64,000 nt of DNA. Source: Mobula hypostoma. Taxonomy: Eukaryota. Below are positions 50,700 through 62,630 of the stretch, piece after piece (position 1 is the first letter of the stretch; each line of letters begins with the position of its first letter). The notes beneath the pieces were generated by a model, which had not been told where the DNA came from, did no database searches, and saw only the letters and a program-made list of their open reading frames with translations. The position numbers and the translations under genes are program-made. The DNA is taken from positions 244,964,001-245,028,000 of the forward strand of contig NC_086097.1 of the NCBI RefSeq assembly GCF_963921235.1, in the 5' to 3' direction.

Positions 50700-51014
50700 A
50701 CACTCCTTGTAAATGTGCTCACCGGTGGGGAAGACTTTGCCAGTGATGGCCTGGGTTGTACCCCCACTCTCCGTGGACTTTCTGGCGTTTCCATGCCAGA
50801 CCATGATGCGACCAGTCAGGATACTCTCCACTGTGCATCTACACAAAATTGTCAAGGTTTGAGATGACATGCCAAATCTACACAGACTTCTAAGAAAGTC
50901 GTGCTTTCTGTGAAAGTACTTATGTGTTGGTCCCAGGACAGATCCTCTGATTTGATGAATAGTTAAACAATACGTAATTCAGAGACAGGCTCCTCTTCTG
51001 CAGGACCACTACAG

Positions 51015-51465
51015 AGTCATAGTCATAGTCATACTTTATTGATCCCGAGGGAAATTGGGTTTCGTTACAGTTGCACCAACCAGGTATAAATATATCAATA
51101 TAAAACCATAAATAATCAAATAATAATATATAAATTATGCCTATTGGCTCAGGGTGTCTGACCTTCCAAGGGAGGAGTTGTAAAGTTTGATGGCCACAGG
51201 CAGGAATGACTTCCTATGACGCTCTGTGTTGCATCTGGGTGGAATGAGTCTCTGGCTGAATGTACTCCTGTGCCCAACCAGTACATTATGTAGTGGATGG
51301 GAGACATTGACCAAGATGGCATGCAACTTAGACAGCATCCCCTTTTCAGACACCACCGTCAGAGAGTCCAGTTCCATCCCCACAACATCACTGGCCTTGC
51401 CAATGAGTTTGTTGATTCTGTTGGTGTCTGCTACCCTCAGCCTGCTGCCCCAGCACACAACATAC
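51015..51465 (-). mobile_element. Rex1/L2-group LINE 3' end
   Basis: VCWGSRLRVADTNRINKLI...CNTERHRKSFLPVAIKLYN. Tail (ACTATG)n. Confidence 0.8.
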
Positions 51466-51649
51466 ACTACATATTGGGATAGAAACAGAATCAGAATTTA
51501 TTATCACTGGCATATATCGTGAAATTTGTTAACTTTTCTGTATTTTCTGGTCATAATGTGCTTTGAACGTATTATTACCAGACAGGTTAACACCAATTGC
51601 CCTGGACTGCATAATTGGTAGATAATATTGCTGAAAAATGTCTGGATTC

Positions 51650-53000
51650 CGCCAGAGTTTCAGCTTTCACGCGCACGCCTCCGTGATCAGCACACCCCAC
51701 TTCCGCCCGTTGGCGTGACGGAGCCGCCTCGCCGCCCCGGCTCCACGGGACGTACAGGTGCGAATGACGCCCAGGTAAAGAGCCATAGGTGAGTCGGCAG
51801 GTGCGGCCGCAAGCGCCAGACGCAACGGCAGTTCATCGCAAGTCTCTTTCTTTGGTTTCAGTGACCCGTTGGCCGAACACACCGGACCACATCATAAAAT
51901 GCTCTTCTGGCACTCGCAGCCCGAGCAGTACCATCAATACCCCAACAGTAACAGCTACCTCCGGTAAGAATGTACAATCTTTTCTAAAATCTTTTCTCAA
52001 AGTCCACCAGTGCTGTGTCGTTACACCCGACCATTATGAGCGCGCTGATGAATTTAACTAACCCGAAGAGATGACCTTTTTAGAGTAACACACGCAAAAT
52101 GCTGGAGGAACTCAGCAAGCCGGGAAGCATCTATGAAGGGGAATAAACAGTCGACGTTTAGGGCCGAGATTCCCCCCCCCCCCACCACTTACTTTGCTCT
52201 TCACCTGGTCTCGCCCACCACCTGTCAGCGTGTACTCATTTCTCCCCCCACCTTCCACAAAACCATATTCTGGCCTCTGCCCCCTTTCCGTTCCAGTCCC
52301 GATAAAGGGTCTCGGCCTGAAACCTCTCCATAGATGCGACCTGACCCGCAAAGTTCATCCTGTATTTTGTGTGTGTCGCTCTGGATTTCCAGCATCTGCA
52401 GAATCTCTAGTATTTTGACAACCATTTCCCCTTCCTACCACTGCTTCGAGTGAAGCGAAACGCCTTTCTTTAGTGGCCACTGGTCTTAAATTCCCATATC
52501 GTTGTGAGTCAAATCGGGTCATGCCGTGAAAGCTTGATAAAGTTGTGCTGAAAAGATAAAGATTAAAGATAAAGCAAAATATTGGAGGTAGAAAAGCCGA
52601 CTGTCCCGCGCTTAACTTTTATTCTCACAAGTAATGAGATAGCGGTGAGAAAGAGAGTGCAGAAAATCAGCGAACATCGCTTTAGAAGATTGTGAATCGA
52701 CACATGTGAAACGCGTCGCTTTGGCATCGGATCGGCGGGGGTAGCGCCGGGGGCAACCCGGCGAGTGTCGCCTTGCCCCTGGCGCCCGCGGAGCGCAGCG
52801 ACAATTCACTCAGAGTGGGGAAGAAACCCAACGCGCTGGTGACAGGGAGAACATTTACAGACAGCGGCGTAATCGAACCGCTATGCTATTGCGCCTCCTC
52901 ACAAGATTTAGGAACTGAAATACCGTTTCCGCCGTTTGCTTAATTGTATCTCTGCTGGTCAGGGGAGAGACTCGAGGGCTCCTGCGCCGGGATTTACCCA
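51650..53000. promoter_or_regulatory. CpG-rich region, probable promoter and non-coding first exon of an unidentified gene
   Basis: Sharp rise in CpG at 51660-52030 and 52660-53000. ETS-type CACTTCCG at 51698, TGACG half-sites, NRF1-like CGCGCACGC, and a strong donor AG|GTGAGT at 51788/51789. Confidence 0.6.
52087..52410. mobile_element. Older Penelope fold-back element inside the CpG-rich region
   Basis: Inverted terminal-repeat halves (52087-52170 versus 52305-52378) plus tail ccagcatctgcagaatct. Confidence 0.7.
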
Positions 53001-53901
53001 CTGTATACTGCTGGGGATTAAGTTATCCCCATACAAACAGTCGTTGCAAAGTTAAACTGATTTCGATTTTTCAACCATGATTAACGCAACATTTTAAATC
53101 GATTTTGAGCATCTAATGGCAATTGATTTTTAAACCATTTGGGATTTTAAAAATCGGCAAAGTATTGTTATTAGCCTCTTATTTTTGTTCCGGCTAAATT
53201 ATAAATTAGATCCATAAGATCCTAAACACAAGAGATTCTGCAGATGTGGGAAATCGAGGGCACTTTAAATGTTTTATAGTAATGTGCATACTATGAATAT
53301 TTAGAATAAAAATTTTAAAATCACATACTTTTGATTGTATTTGTTAATTGCAGGGTATAATGAAATAATCAAATACCCAACAAAGAAAATTTTTCACGTT
53401 GCGTAAACTTTTTCTCATATCTGTCTTTCTGCTGCTGTATGGCAACGAGGCTATGTGCGCGGGAGCATTTCAGTTACTGCATGGTTTTGAGAAACCCATG
53501 CAGTTTTGAGAAAACAGTGCTCCAGTATTTTGTGTGTGTTCCATAACATCTTCATTGATTTCATATTTAAGACTTGTCTCTCTAAAAGTGCAATTATTAC
53601 CTGATAAACTTGGGAGGAAAGACCTGAACTCTTCTACATTTATCTAAAATATTTTAGATGAAGTGGCAACCACTCCAACTGCAGGCACTTGGGGCTGGGG
53701 GGGGAGGGGTAAACATGGTTACTGCCGATTCTGAATGATTTCAACATCAGGTCCAATTTTAGCAAACTTACCTGGGTTGAAATGTGATCAATTTTGAACT
53801 GAATCACAATCAGGTTTATTATACGGACAAACATCACAATACTTGTTGTTTTGTGATAGCAGTGCAGTGTAATGCATTAAAAAGATTACTATAAATTACA
53901 A

Positions 53902-54440
53902 ATCCCATTCCCATTCTGACATGTCTATCCACGGCCTCCTCTACTGTAAAGATGAAGCCACACTCAGGTTGGAGGAACAACACCTTATATTCCGTCTGGG
54001 TAGCCTCCAACCTGATGGCATGAACATCGACTTCTCTAACTTCCGCTAAGGCCCCACCTCCCCCTCGTACCCCATCTGTTACTCATTTTTATGCACACAT
54101 TCTTTCTCTCACTCTCCTTTTTCTCCCTCTGTCCCTCTGAATATACCTCTTGCCCATCCTCTGGGTCACCCCCCCCGTCTTTCTTCCCGGACCTCCTGTC
54201 CCATGATCCTCTCGTATCCCCTTTTGCCTATCACCTGTCCAGCTCTTGGCTCCATCCCTCCCCCTCCTGTCTTCTCCTATCATTTTGGATCTCCCCCTCC
54301 CCCTCCAGCTTTCAAATCCCTTACTCACTCTTCCTTCAGTTAGTCCTGACGAAGGGTCTCAGCCTGAAACGTCGACTGCACCTCTTCCTACAGATGTTGC
54401 TTGGCCTGCTGCGTTCACCAGCAACTTTGATGTATGTTGC
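53902..54440 (+). mobile_element. Penelope 3' end (first subfamily) with intact HHR motif at 54342-54377, ending at TGTTGC
   Basis: Near-identical to 21182-21724. Confidence 0.9.
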
Positions 54441-54607
54441 GTTAATTTAAAAATATGTAGTGCAAAAAGTTAGCAAAATGATAAGGTAGAGTTTGTGGAC
54501 CACATCGCACTGAATCCTTCAGCCTTTTCAGTGGGCTCTCCACAGTACAGCTGTAGAAATTTGCTGGAGTCTTAGGCAACATACCAAATCTCATTTTAAA
54601 AAAGAGA

Positions 54608-54892
54608 TAAAGTCTGTCCTGAGCCTTGTCCCGACCATCAGGCTGGTGTTTATGCCGGTTTCCATGGCGTGAGGCGATTGAGAGTATGAGACCACCCCAC
54701 CACCCCCCCGGATAGGACACCAGTCTTTCGTGAGGTTAACCCCCAGCATTTTGCCGGTACCCATTTTCATCTGGGTGGACTGGAGCAGTGTGTGGTTAAG
54801 TGCCTTGCTCAAAGACACAACACGCTGCCTTGGCCGAGACTCGAACCCACGATCTTCAGATCGTGAGCCCAATGCCCTAACCACTTGGCCAC
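54608..54892 (-). mobile_element. tRNA-derived SINE with CORE-like segment
   Basis: Pol III A box TGGCCAAGTGG and B box GTTCGAGTC, followed by tgtgtctttgagcaaggcacttaacc and ccacccagatgaaaatgggtacc. Confidence 0.75.
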
Positions 54893-55534
54893 TTGTGAAA
54901 CTCCTCATGAAATATAGTCACTGGTGTGTCTTCTTTGCAATTGCAGCAATAAATTGGGTCCAGGATAAATCCTCAGAGACGTTGACATGCAGGAACTTGA
55001 AACTGCTCACCCTTTCCACTGCTAACCAGTTGATGAGGATCAGTGTGACTTCCCCTTCCTGAAGTCCACAATCAATTCCTTGTTCTCACTGCTGTTGAGT
55101 GCAAGTTTGTTTTTTGACACCACTGTGAGACACTGGAACACACTTGGGAATAACCCAAATCCCAGTTATTTTTATTTCACACTTCCACTTCACTCAACAT
55201 TGAAAGATCAAACTGTATCCGGTCATGGACTCTCCCATCCACACGTCTTTCCCAATGTCAAACAAAAATGAACAGGCTGCAAACCTGAAAATAAAAACAG
55301 GCAATGCTGCAAATGTTCAACAGGTTGGGCAGTATGAGAAAAAAGAGAAACAACGCTAAAGATAAACTTTATTTGCAAAGACTAGACGTCGTATCTTTTG
55401 AAGATAGGTTAGGCAGGTTAGAATGACAACCTGAGTCTCAACGTGACAAGACCAAAGAGGTAATTGAGACTTCAGGAAGGTGCAGTTCAACCATTCTCCA
55501 TTGCACATCAAAGACTCTGCCATGGAGAGAGTGA

Positions 55535-56158
55535 AGACCATAAGACCATAAGACAAAGGAGCAGAAGTCGGCCATTTGGCCCATCGAGTCTGCTCCGCCA
55601 TTTTATCATGAGCTGTTCCATTCTCCCATTTAGTCCCACTCCCCTGCCTTCTCACCATAACCTTTAATGCCCTGGCTACTCAGATACCTATCAATCTCTG
55701 CCTTAAATACACCCAATGACTTGGCCTCCACTGCTGCCCGTGGCAACAAATTCCATAGATTCACCCCACATTCTGGCTAAAAAAATTTCTTCGCATTTCT
55801 GTTCTGAATGGGCGCCCTTCAATCCTTAAGTCATTCCCTCTCGTACTAGACTTCCCCATCATGGGAAACAACTTTGCCACATCCACTCTGTCCATGCCTT
55901 TCAACATTCGAAATGTTTCTATCAGGTCCCCCCTCATTCTTCTAAACTCCAAGGAGTACAGTCCAAGAGCGGACAAATGTTCCTCATATGTTAACTCTCT
56001 CATTCCCAGAATCATTCTAGTGAATCTTCTCTGAACCCTCTCCAACGTCAACACATCCTTTCTTAAATAAGGAGACCAAAACTGCCCACAGTACTCCAAG
56101 TGAGGTCTCACCAGCGCCTTATAGAGCCTCAACATCACATCCCTGCTCCTATACTCTA
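55535..56158 (-). mobile_element. CR1 LINE 3' end
   Basis: LRLYKALVRPHLEYCGQFWSP. Tail (TCTTATGG)n. Confidence 0.88.
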
Positions 56159-56631
56159 CATATTGGATAACCTAACCTGGACCCACAGCACCTCTTTATT
56201 AGTCGAGAAGGCACAGCAGCGTCTACACCTTCTGAGGAGATTGAGGGGTGCAAGGCTCCCCGCCCCCTTTCTAACAATTCTCTACAGGTTGCACATTCGA
56301 GAGTGCCCTGCCTGGCTGCATCATTGTGTGGTATAGATGCTGCAAGGCATCGGGTCGCAAGACCCTACAGAGGATAGGAAAAAAATCGCTGAGAGGATCA
56401 CCTGAGTCTCTTCCCCCCCCCCCCACTATTTGTGATATTTAACAGGAGAATGACAGACAAGGCGTCCAAGACGTAACAATGGATCCCTACCATCTATCCC
56501 ACGATCTCTTTGACTCACTACCAACAGGGAGGAGGCACAGGAACATCAAGACTAGGACTGCCAGACTAGAGAGCAAGTCCTTCCCTCAGGCTGCGAGACA
56601 GAAGCGTAGTAGTTAGCACAATGCTTTACGG

Positions 56632-59600
56632 CAGTGATTCTCAACTGGTTTTTGGCCACGGCCCCCTTAGGAGCTCTTCTCAGGTTCCAGGATCCTCCTT
56701 TCAAACAGGGATACAACACGAGCAGATAGGTAGAAAATCATTTATTATTGAACACCAAGAAAACTTGAACGTTCCAACATACTGCACAAAACTTTACCAA
56801 AGACTGTATGAAATCAAACATCTCTCAGGCCTAATGCGATCCTTGAGCTTGGTGCTTTTCTGCAAGTTTCATGAATCGGGCTCCAAATTAGACAATGACA
56901 GTCGGAGGTCACCTCTTGTTGCGATATCAGTTCTGTTCCTGGATTTTGTCAAGGACACTACCTTGCAGAATCCACTCTCAACCAAATATGTTGAGGGAAA
57001 GGCAATAAAAAATCTTTGGGCTTTTCCCCTTAGTGCTGTAAATTTATTCGGCAGATCACTCTTGATCCAAACATCTTTTTGCAACTGATTGAACTGACGA
57101 TGTGCAGTTATATCACTCTGAAGATCCATCAAACTCTCTGGAATTTCTGCCTGAACTTGGCTGGGTTGTACTTCAAATGGATTCAAAATCCAATCCGGGA
57201 TACCAAGGTTTAACAGGTCATTAAATCTTTCTTGCATATCCTTGTGTATCTGCTTGAGATGTTTCACATAAACAGTAAGGTCATCGTCCTTCAGTGCCTC
57301 TGTGATTGTCTTCAGGTTTGGAAATTGTAAAAATTCCCGACGTCCCATATTGTGGCAATAGACCGAGTTTCTTAAAGAAAGAAACAATTGCTTCCTTACA
57401 ATCTACGAGGTTACTGTTTTTGCCCTGTAAGGTCTTGTTTAACAAATTAAGTTTCTGAAAGATATCTGCCAGATAAAATATGTCCGCCTTACCATCAACG
57501 AGTCTTTCTCCATGCTCTTTATCAGACATGAAGGAAACTGTGGTGTCCCAGAGTGTAACAAAACATTGAAGACAGTTTCCCTTAGGAAGCCACCTCACCT
57601 CGGTATGCAGCAGCAGCATCTGGAAGTCTTCATCATTTTCTTCACACAGCTGCCGGAAAAGACGATTCTGAAGGGCCTGGGATTTGATGATGTTTACAGC
57701 CTTCATGACAACTGAAAGCGAAAGATTGAGACATCCTCTTAAGTCTTTAGTTACTAGGTGCTCCCTGTGAATGATACAATGGATAGTAAAGACAGAAGGT
57801 ATAACTCTTTTTAGATGGGCGATGAATCCCCTGTATCGACCAACCACAGAAGCAGCACCATCAGTTCCACAAGCAGTTATATTCTCCATTGGAATATTGT
57901 TGTCACTTAAGTAACTTTTGACTTCTTCAGAAATAGACAGTCCCTTAGTATCTGTTTTAATCCTCCTAGCAAACATCTCTTCCATCAGTTTGTTTCCGTT
58001 CCAGAATCTCACATAAGCCATGAGAAGGGTGTCGTAATCTTGTAAAGTAGTTTTGTCTAATTGTAAAGAGAATTTCTTGGATTGTAACAAACTGACCAAT
58101 TCCTCTTCAATGTCCCGTGCCATCTCATCGACTTTTTTGGCAACAGTGGAATTACTCAAAGGAATTGCCTGAATTGTTTCTTTGGCACTCAAATTCATGA
58201 CATCAGGTATTATTATGGACACTGAAGGCAGGTTAGGCGACTCCCCAATGTTGTGAGCATTTCCAGTTTTAGCAATCAGTTTACTAATTTTTTATGATGC
58301 AACAAGGCCCTTCTCTAATTTCTGTGACGTTTGAATAGGCATTTGTTGCAGCGTTGCCCTTCTCTCGAAACTATCTCGAAGGTTTTTGAAGAACTCTAGG
58401 TGTTTATCCTGCTTCCCATGAATCTCAGCCCGTGGTATGGAGAGGACCCCACGTGCTCTGTCTGCCCGACTTCAGCAACACTAAAACACATGCCGGTGGG
58501 CTGCAAGACCGGCCTTGCTCAAGGCCGATACACCTGGCGGCACAACCAGCTGCTACAGTGTCTTGCAGCAGTGCTGGAAAGACGGCGGATGAGTGTCAAC
58601 ACTCTCCCTCCCCCTTCATCCCGCTGGCTGTTAACAGCATTTGTCCGGGAAGGTGAGGGTCAAGCCAGACTCAATACATCGAGATCAGACACCTGGGGAC
58701 TACGTGGGGCATGTGATTGGAAGATGGTGACAGACTTAGGCCAGAGGCTCTGCTTCCCAACTGAAATCGCGTTAACCAACCTCAGACCAGACCTTGCGCT
58801 ATGGTTGACCTCACTCCATCTCGTTTACATCATCGAGCTTACAGTGCCCTGGGAGGATGTGATAGAGGAGGCAAACGAGCGCAAGAAGCTGAGGTACGGT
58901 GAGCTTGCAGTCGATGTGCGACAACGTGGCCGGAAAGCAAGGGTCCGACCGGTCGAAGTAGGCCGCAGAGGATTTGTAGCCACGTCAACATCAAGGCTGC
59001 TCCGGGAGTTGGGAGTGCGAGGGAAGACACACCGACAAGCAGTCAAAGACCTGTCCAGAGCTGCTGAAAAGGGTAGTCAGTGGCTCTGGATGAAGAGAAA
59101 GGATTCCATCTGGGCCCCCAAGTGAGTGAAAGGCATCTAGGGGATTCACTGCTGAACCCTCCGGGGGTGTCGTGGGCCTATCACCGAAACACTGAGGAAG
59201 GAGGGCGCCCTCTTGATAACCCACAAGATGCCACCACTCACCGGCCACCTCACAGGGTCAAGGCAGCATGTCTCAGGAGTGCACATAACGGATATTAACA
59301 TCTAGTCCTACCAACATACCATACCTGGATGCGAGGTATCCAAATGTTTTTTCAATTTGCTTGGCCTCATGCTTTCATTTGACAATGTAGTCATGCAGTT
59401 CAAACACATGGGCTTTGCGGAGATGCGATGAAACCATACGATAAGTATTCCAGTGAATGCTGCCGACATTTATTTTTGCCAAGGAACTCATGGGTAGAAT
59501 TATTTCTGAAAATGATAAGCACGCAAAATACAGATACATTGCTGACAAAAAATGCTGTCACCCGGAGCCAGGGATTTTTTTTCAGTGACTTCCTATGCAG

Positions 59601-60047
59601 TAATAAACACTTTTCTCAACCTACCTTAACGTATAATATATCCAAACACACATACTTTAATGTTACTAGGCTGAAAAAGGCCGAGCAAGACACTCTGATC
59701 TTCGGAGAATGAAGTATGGCGATAATGGATACGAGAACCCTTGATTGAACACGTTGACCCGGTGCGGTCTGATTCGCGACTGACTCTGAAGTGAGGCTGT
59801 GTGGGAAGAGCTTAAGCAATGAATTTACCGGGTGCGCTGGATTCAAACGGTGTGTTGGAAAGATATTATAAATAGGAGGGAAACTATTGACTCCAATGAA
59901 TGTGGCTGTTTGGGTATTTCATCGGTTCAGTTACCAGGGCCCCCATAAACCCTTGGGGCTCCCCTTCTCACAGTTTTCAGTTGGTCGCCCCCTTCAAATG
60001 TGCCAGGGCCCCCAAGGGGGCCATTTGGCTCCCGTTGAGAATGGCTG
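56632..60047 (-). mobile_element. Near full-length hAT Buster/Charlie-type transposon (degenerate transposase), interrupted by an RLE element
   Basis: TIRs CAGTGATTCTCAAC / GTTGAGAATGGCTG, TSD ctttacgg/ctttacag. BED finger PMCLNC...NESMRPSKLKKHL..H (about 59330-59415), catalytic region (FSLQLD, TDGAASVVG, HCIIHREHL, EVRWL) and dimerisation FPSTYLVESGF. Confidence 0.92.
58411..59320 (+). mobile_element. 5'-truncated RLE-type non-LTR retrotransposon (HERO/NeSL-like)
   Basis: ORF 58400-59125 has a CxxC..H..C knuckle, YTWRHN, RPD..W, IIELTVPWE, ERKKLRY and PVEVGRRGF, i.e. a restriction-like endonuclease domain. Confidence 0.88.
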
Positions 60048-60280
60048 CTTTACAGTACCTGTGACCTGGATTCATTTCCCACCATTGCCTGTCAGGAATT
60101 CGTACCTTCTCCCTGAGACTGCGCGGGTTTCCTCCGAATGCTTTCCTCCCACAATCAAAAGATGTACTATTTGGTAGGTTAATTGGTCATTGTAATTGTC
60201 CCATGACCAGGGTTTGCTGGCGGTGCGGCTCAAAGGGCTGTAAGGGTCTGTACTGTACTGTATCTTCATAAATAAATATA
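60048..60280 (+). mobile_element. V-SINE body, whose tRNA head at about 56603-56631 was split by the hAT insertion
   Basis: agcgtagtagttagcacaatgctttac resumes after the hAT with B-box-like ggattcatttcc and the V-domain. Confidence 0.65.
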
Positions 60281-61289
60281 ATGAATACCTGGCCACCACT
60301 GAGGTCTTGTCACTAGGGCTGCAAACTGTTTGCTGTACTGTTTACAATTTACCTCTGCAGAACAATTAATAAACTTTTGAATTATATTTTATTAACTTAT
60401 TTGTGGTAATATTTTTGTTTTACTTGCTGGGTGTGATATATGTTTTGCGGGTGCACTGTGATCTGGAGGAATGCGTCTATGTAATACCCTGGTTACGATT
60501 TCCTCTGCTATGCTGTAGATATTTCATTTTAGCAGTTTTCTGTAAAAGCAGTGTGTCCTGCTGGGAGAATGTTTTGGTTTCAGTTGACGATAGGAAGCCC
60601 TGCTGTTCAACTTGGGTATGTTGTGTCGGCCAAACAGGATGGTGGGATTTGGAGAACGGACTAGAGAGAGTGGGCAGAGAGAGCTTTGTGACAGACACGA
60701 GTCTGGTTTGGGGGCTTTTGGTGGGAGCTGTGGAGTGGGACGGAATGGGAGATGCCACAGAACGCTGTTGGAAGGAGAGTCCCTGCTGCATGAAGTGCTT
60801 TGTGCAGATGAATAGCTCCAGGGAGAAAGTGAATTACTCCTGAGAGAGACAGCGAGAGAGCCAGTTTTAGGTGAAATGGCAACCACTCCAACTGCAGGCA
60901 TTTGGGGGTAAATGTGGTTCCTGCCGACTCCCTGCAACACTCTCCCCCCCCAACAGCAAAAAGTCACGTCCTCATGACTGCGGAACTTATTAAAACCATT
61001 ATCAAATACACAGTATTCAAATAATTTCATGATTTCGGGATCCCCAATCTATCTGTAAATGGAAGTAGCATATCTTACTAAGGGAATGGATATAATATTC
61101 TGTTTCCCAGGTGCATCCTCTGCCATCGTAGCTAAGGGGTTGCTGAATCTCTGAGACCTCCTAATCTTATCTTCAGCTTCTCCAGCTTCAACCAGTACTT
61201 GTGACGTTTCCTGTCTTCTAGATGACACCTCCCCCTGCCCGTCACTCGTACCTTCCAGCAGTTCAGGTCCCCCCGCCCCATGACTGAAC

Positions 61290-62630
61290 TTAGTTTCCTT
61301 TCAGTCTAAGCAGGTGCTGCTGAACATCTGCGACCTCTGCTGTTGCTAACCGGCGAGACCGCTCCCAAAAAGATGTGTCCTCGGTCACTCTAATCGTGCG
61401 GCAAGGACTCTTGAAGCAACCAACAGCAAACTCGTCAGTAAAAAAGACACCTTTGTGTTCCAACGTCTTCTCAGTTAATCTCCTTTTCCATTCCTCGGGT
61501 ATTGGTGAATCACCAAAGTTGAATGACTTTGATGTTGACGTCCTCGATCCGGGAGTCTGTTTCTCTTCAGCTTTTCATGGAAACTAGACACAACTGTCAT
61601 CAGAAAAAGATGGACAATCGGCATTCCACATCTGGGGGTAACATCTCTTCTGCAGGTGTTCCTGATAATCACTATAATCCTATATGCATAGACAGCCAAA
61701 GATTTCTGCAGTTCAGGTCTCACCAGCACTCCTACAGGTAAGTGTGACTCTTCTTCCTGATCATCAGGAGCCTCCACCTGGATGGCCAAGGCTTCGGGCA
61801 TTCTGGCGAATTTGGAGGTTCCTGTCATTCTAGCTACTCCTCCAGGATGTAACATGACAGGTTTAGACTGGGTGTACCACACAGTTCCTCGTTTCTGCTC
61901 ATCATCCTGCTTAGGAGGAACTTGCACCTTCTCAAAAGCAGCTCTGAACTCAGGGAGAATGGACAAGGTTTTCAAACTTTCTCTCCATTTCTCTCCTTGC
62001 ATGCTCCCACGAGCCATCTCACAATGGAAGTATTTGTTCCCACAGGATTGGAAGCTCCACTCTTTTTGACTGGATCCAGGCAGACCAAAACAGGTGTGTC
62101 AAGAGTCTCCATTACTCCAACACCTGCTTCCTTAAACTTCAGTTTCAACAAAAAGTAGTGATTATACGGGTACTCATCAGTACCAAGCCCCCAAATTCAA
62201 GGGCACTGTATGGCATCAATAGTAGATGCATCCAATACCGTTGTAAAAGGATCTATAAAGCAAAGTAACTTGAGAACCTGCGTCAAGCATGTTCCCACTA
62301 AACTAAAGTTTTGCACTTTAGTATTTCCCTTGATGCACTGATTGGAACGTATTCTCTCTGAGATGCCAGCCATTCCTTTACTGGTTTCCTCCGTGGTTTT
62401 GCCCCTTTTCTTTTCTATTTGATTAACCACTGACTTACTTTTTGAAGATTTTCCTGCCCCTCACAGTCTCGCTTGAAATGTTCATCTCCTCCATGGTCAT
62501 AACAGAAAATACCGGTCGCCTCTCCAATCAAAAGACCCTTTTCAACAGCAGTCCTCTGCAAGATAAATCCTATAGGTGGGTCGAGTTTTCCAACAGACTT
62601 ATTTTGACAACATAAGTTGTTCAACTGCAA
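61290..62630 (-). mobile_element. Degenerate Gypsy LTR retrotransposon gag-pol fragment
   Basis: Gag knuckle CYDHGGDEHFKRDC. Pre-RT segment FNFGDSPIPEEWKRRL...VFFTDEFAVG...FWERSRRLATAEVADVQQHL read on the minus strand across frameshifts. Confidence 0.75.

Noticed and set aside
54820..54892. Genuine tRNA gene
   Set aside because: The A and B boxes continue into a SINE body, and no clean acceptor stem or terminator is present.
56869..58222. Domesticated ZBED5/SCAND3/FAM200-like host gene
   Set aside because: It has frameshifts, is interrupted by an RLE element and is bounded by TIRs and a TSD, so it is a transposon copy.
59150..59225. Hammerhead in the RLE 3' UTR (GAAAC-A-CTGAGGA)
   Set aside because: Both core-like words are present, but only one base separates them, leaving no room for stems III and I or a cleavage triplet.
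60480..61000. LTR of the Gypsy element (starts TGTAA; shares about 70 bp with 53655-53730)
   Set aside because: No paired LTR, clear CA end, PBS or PPT could be established, so it is left unannotated.
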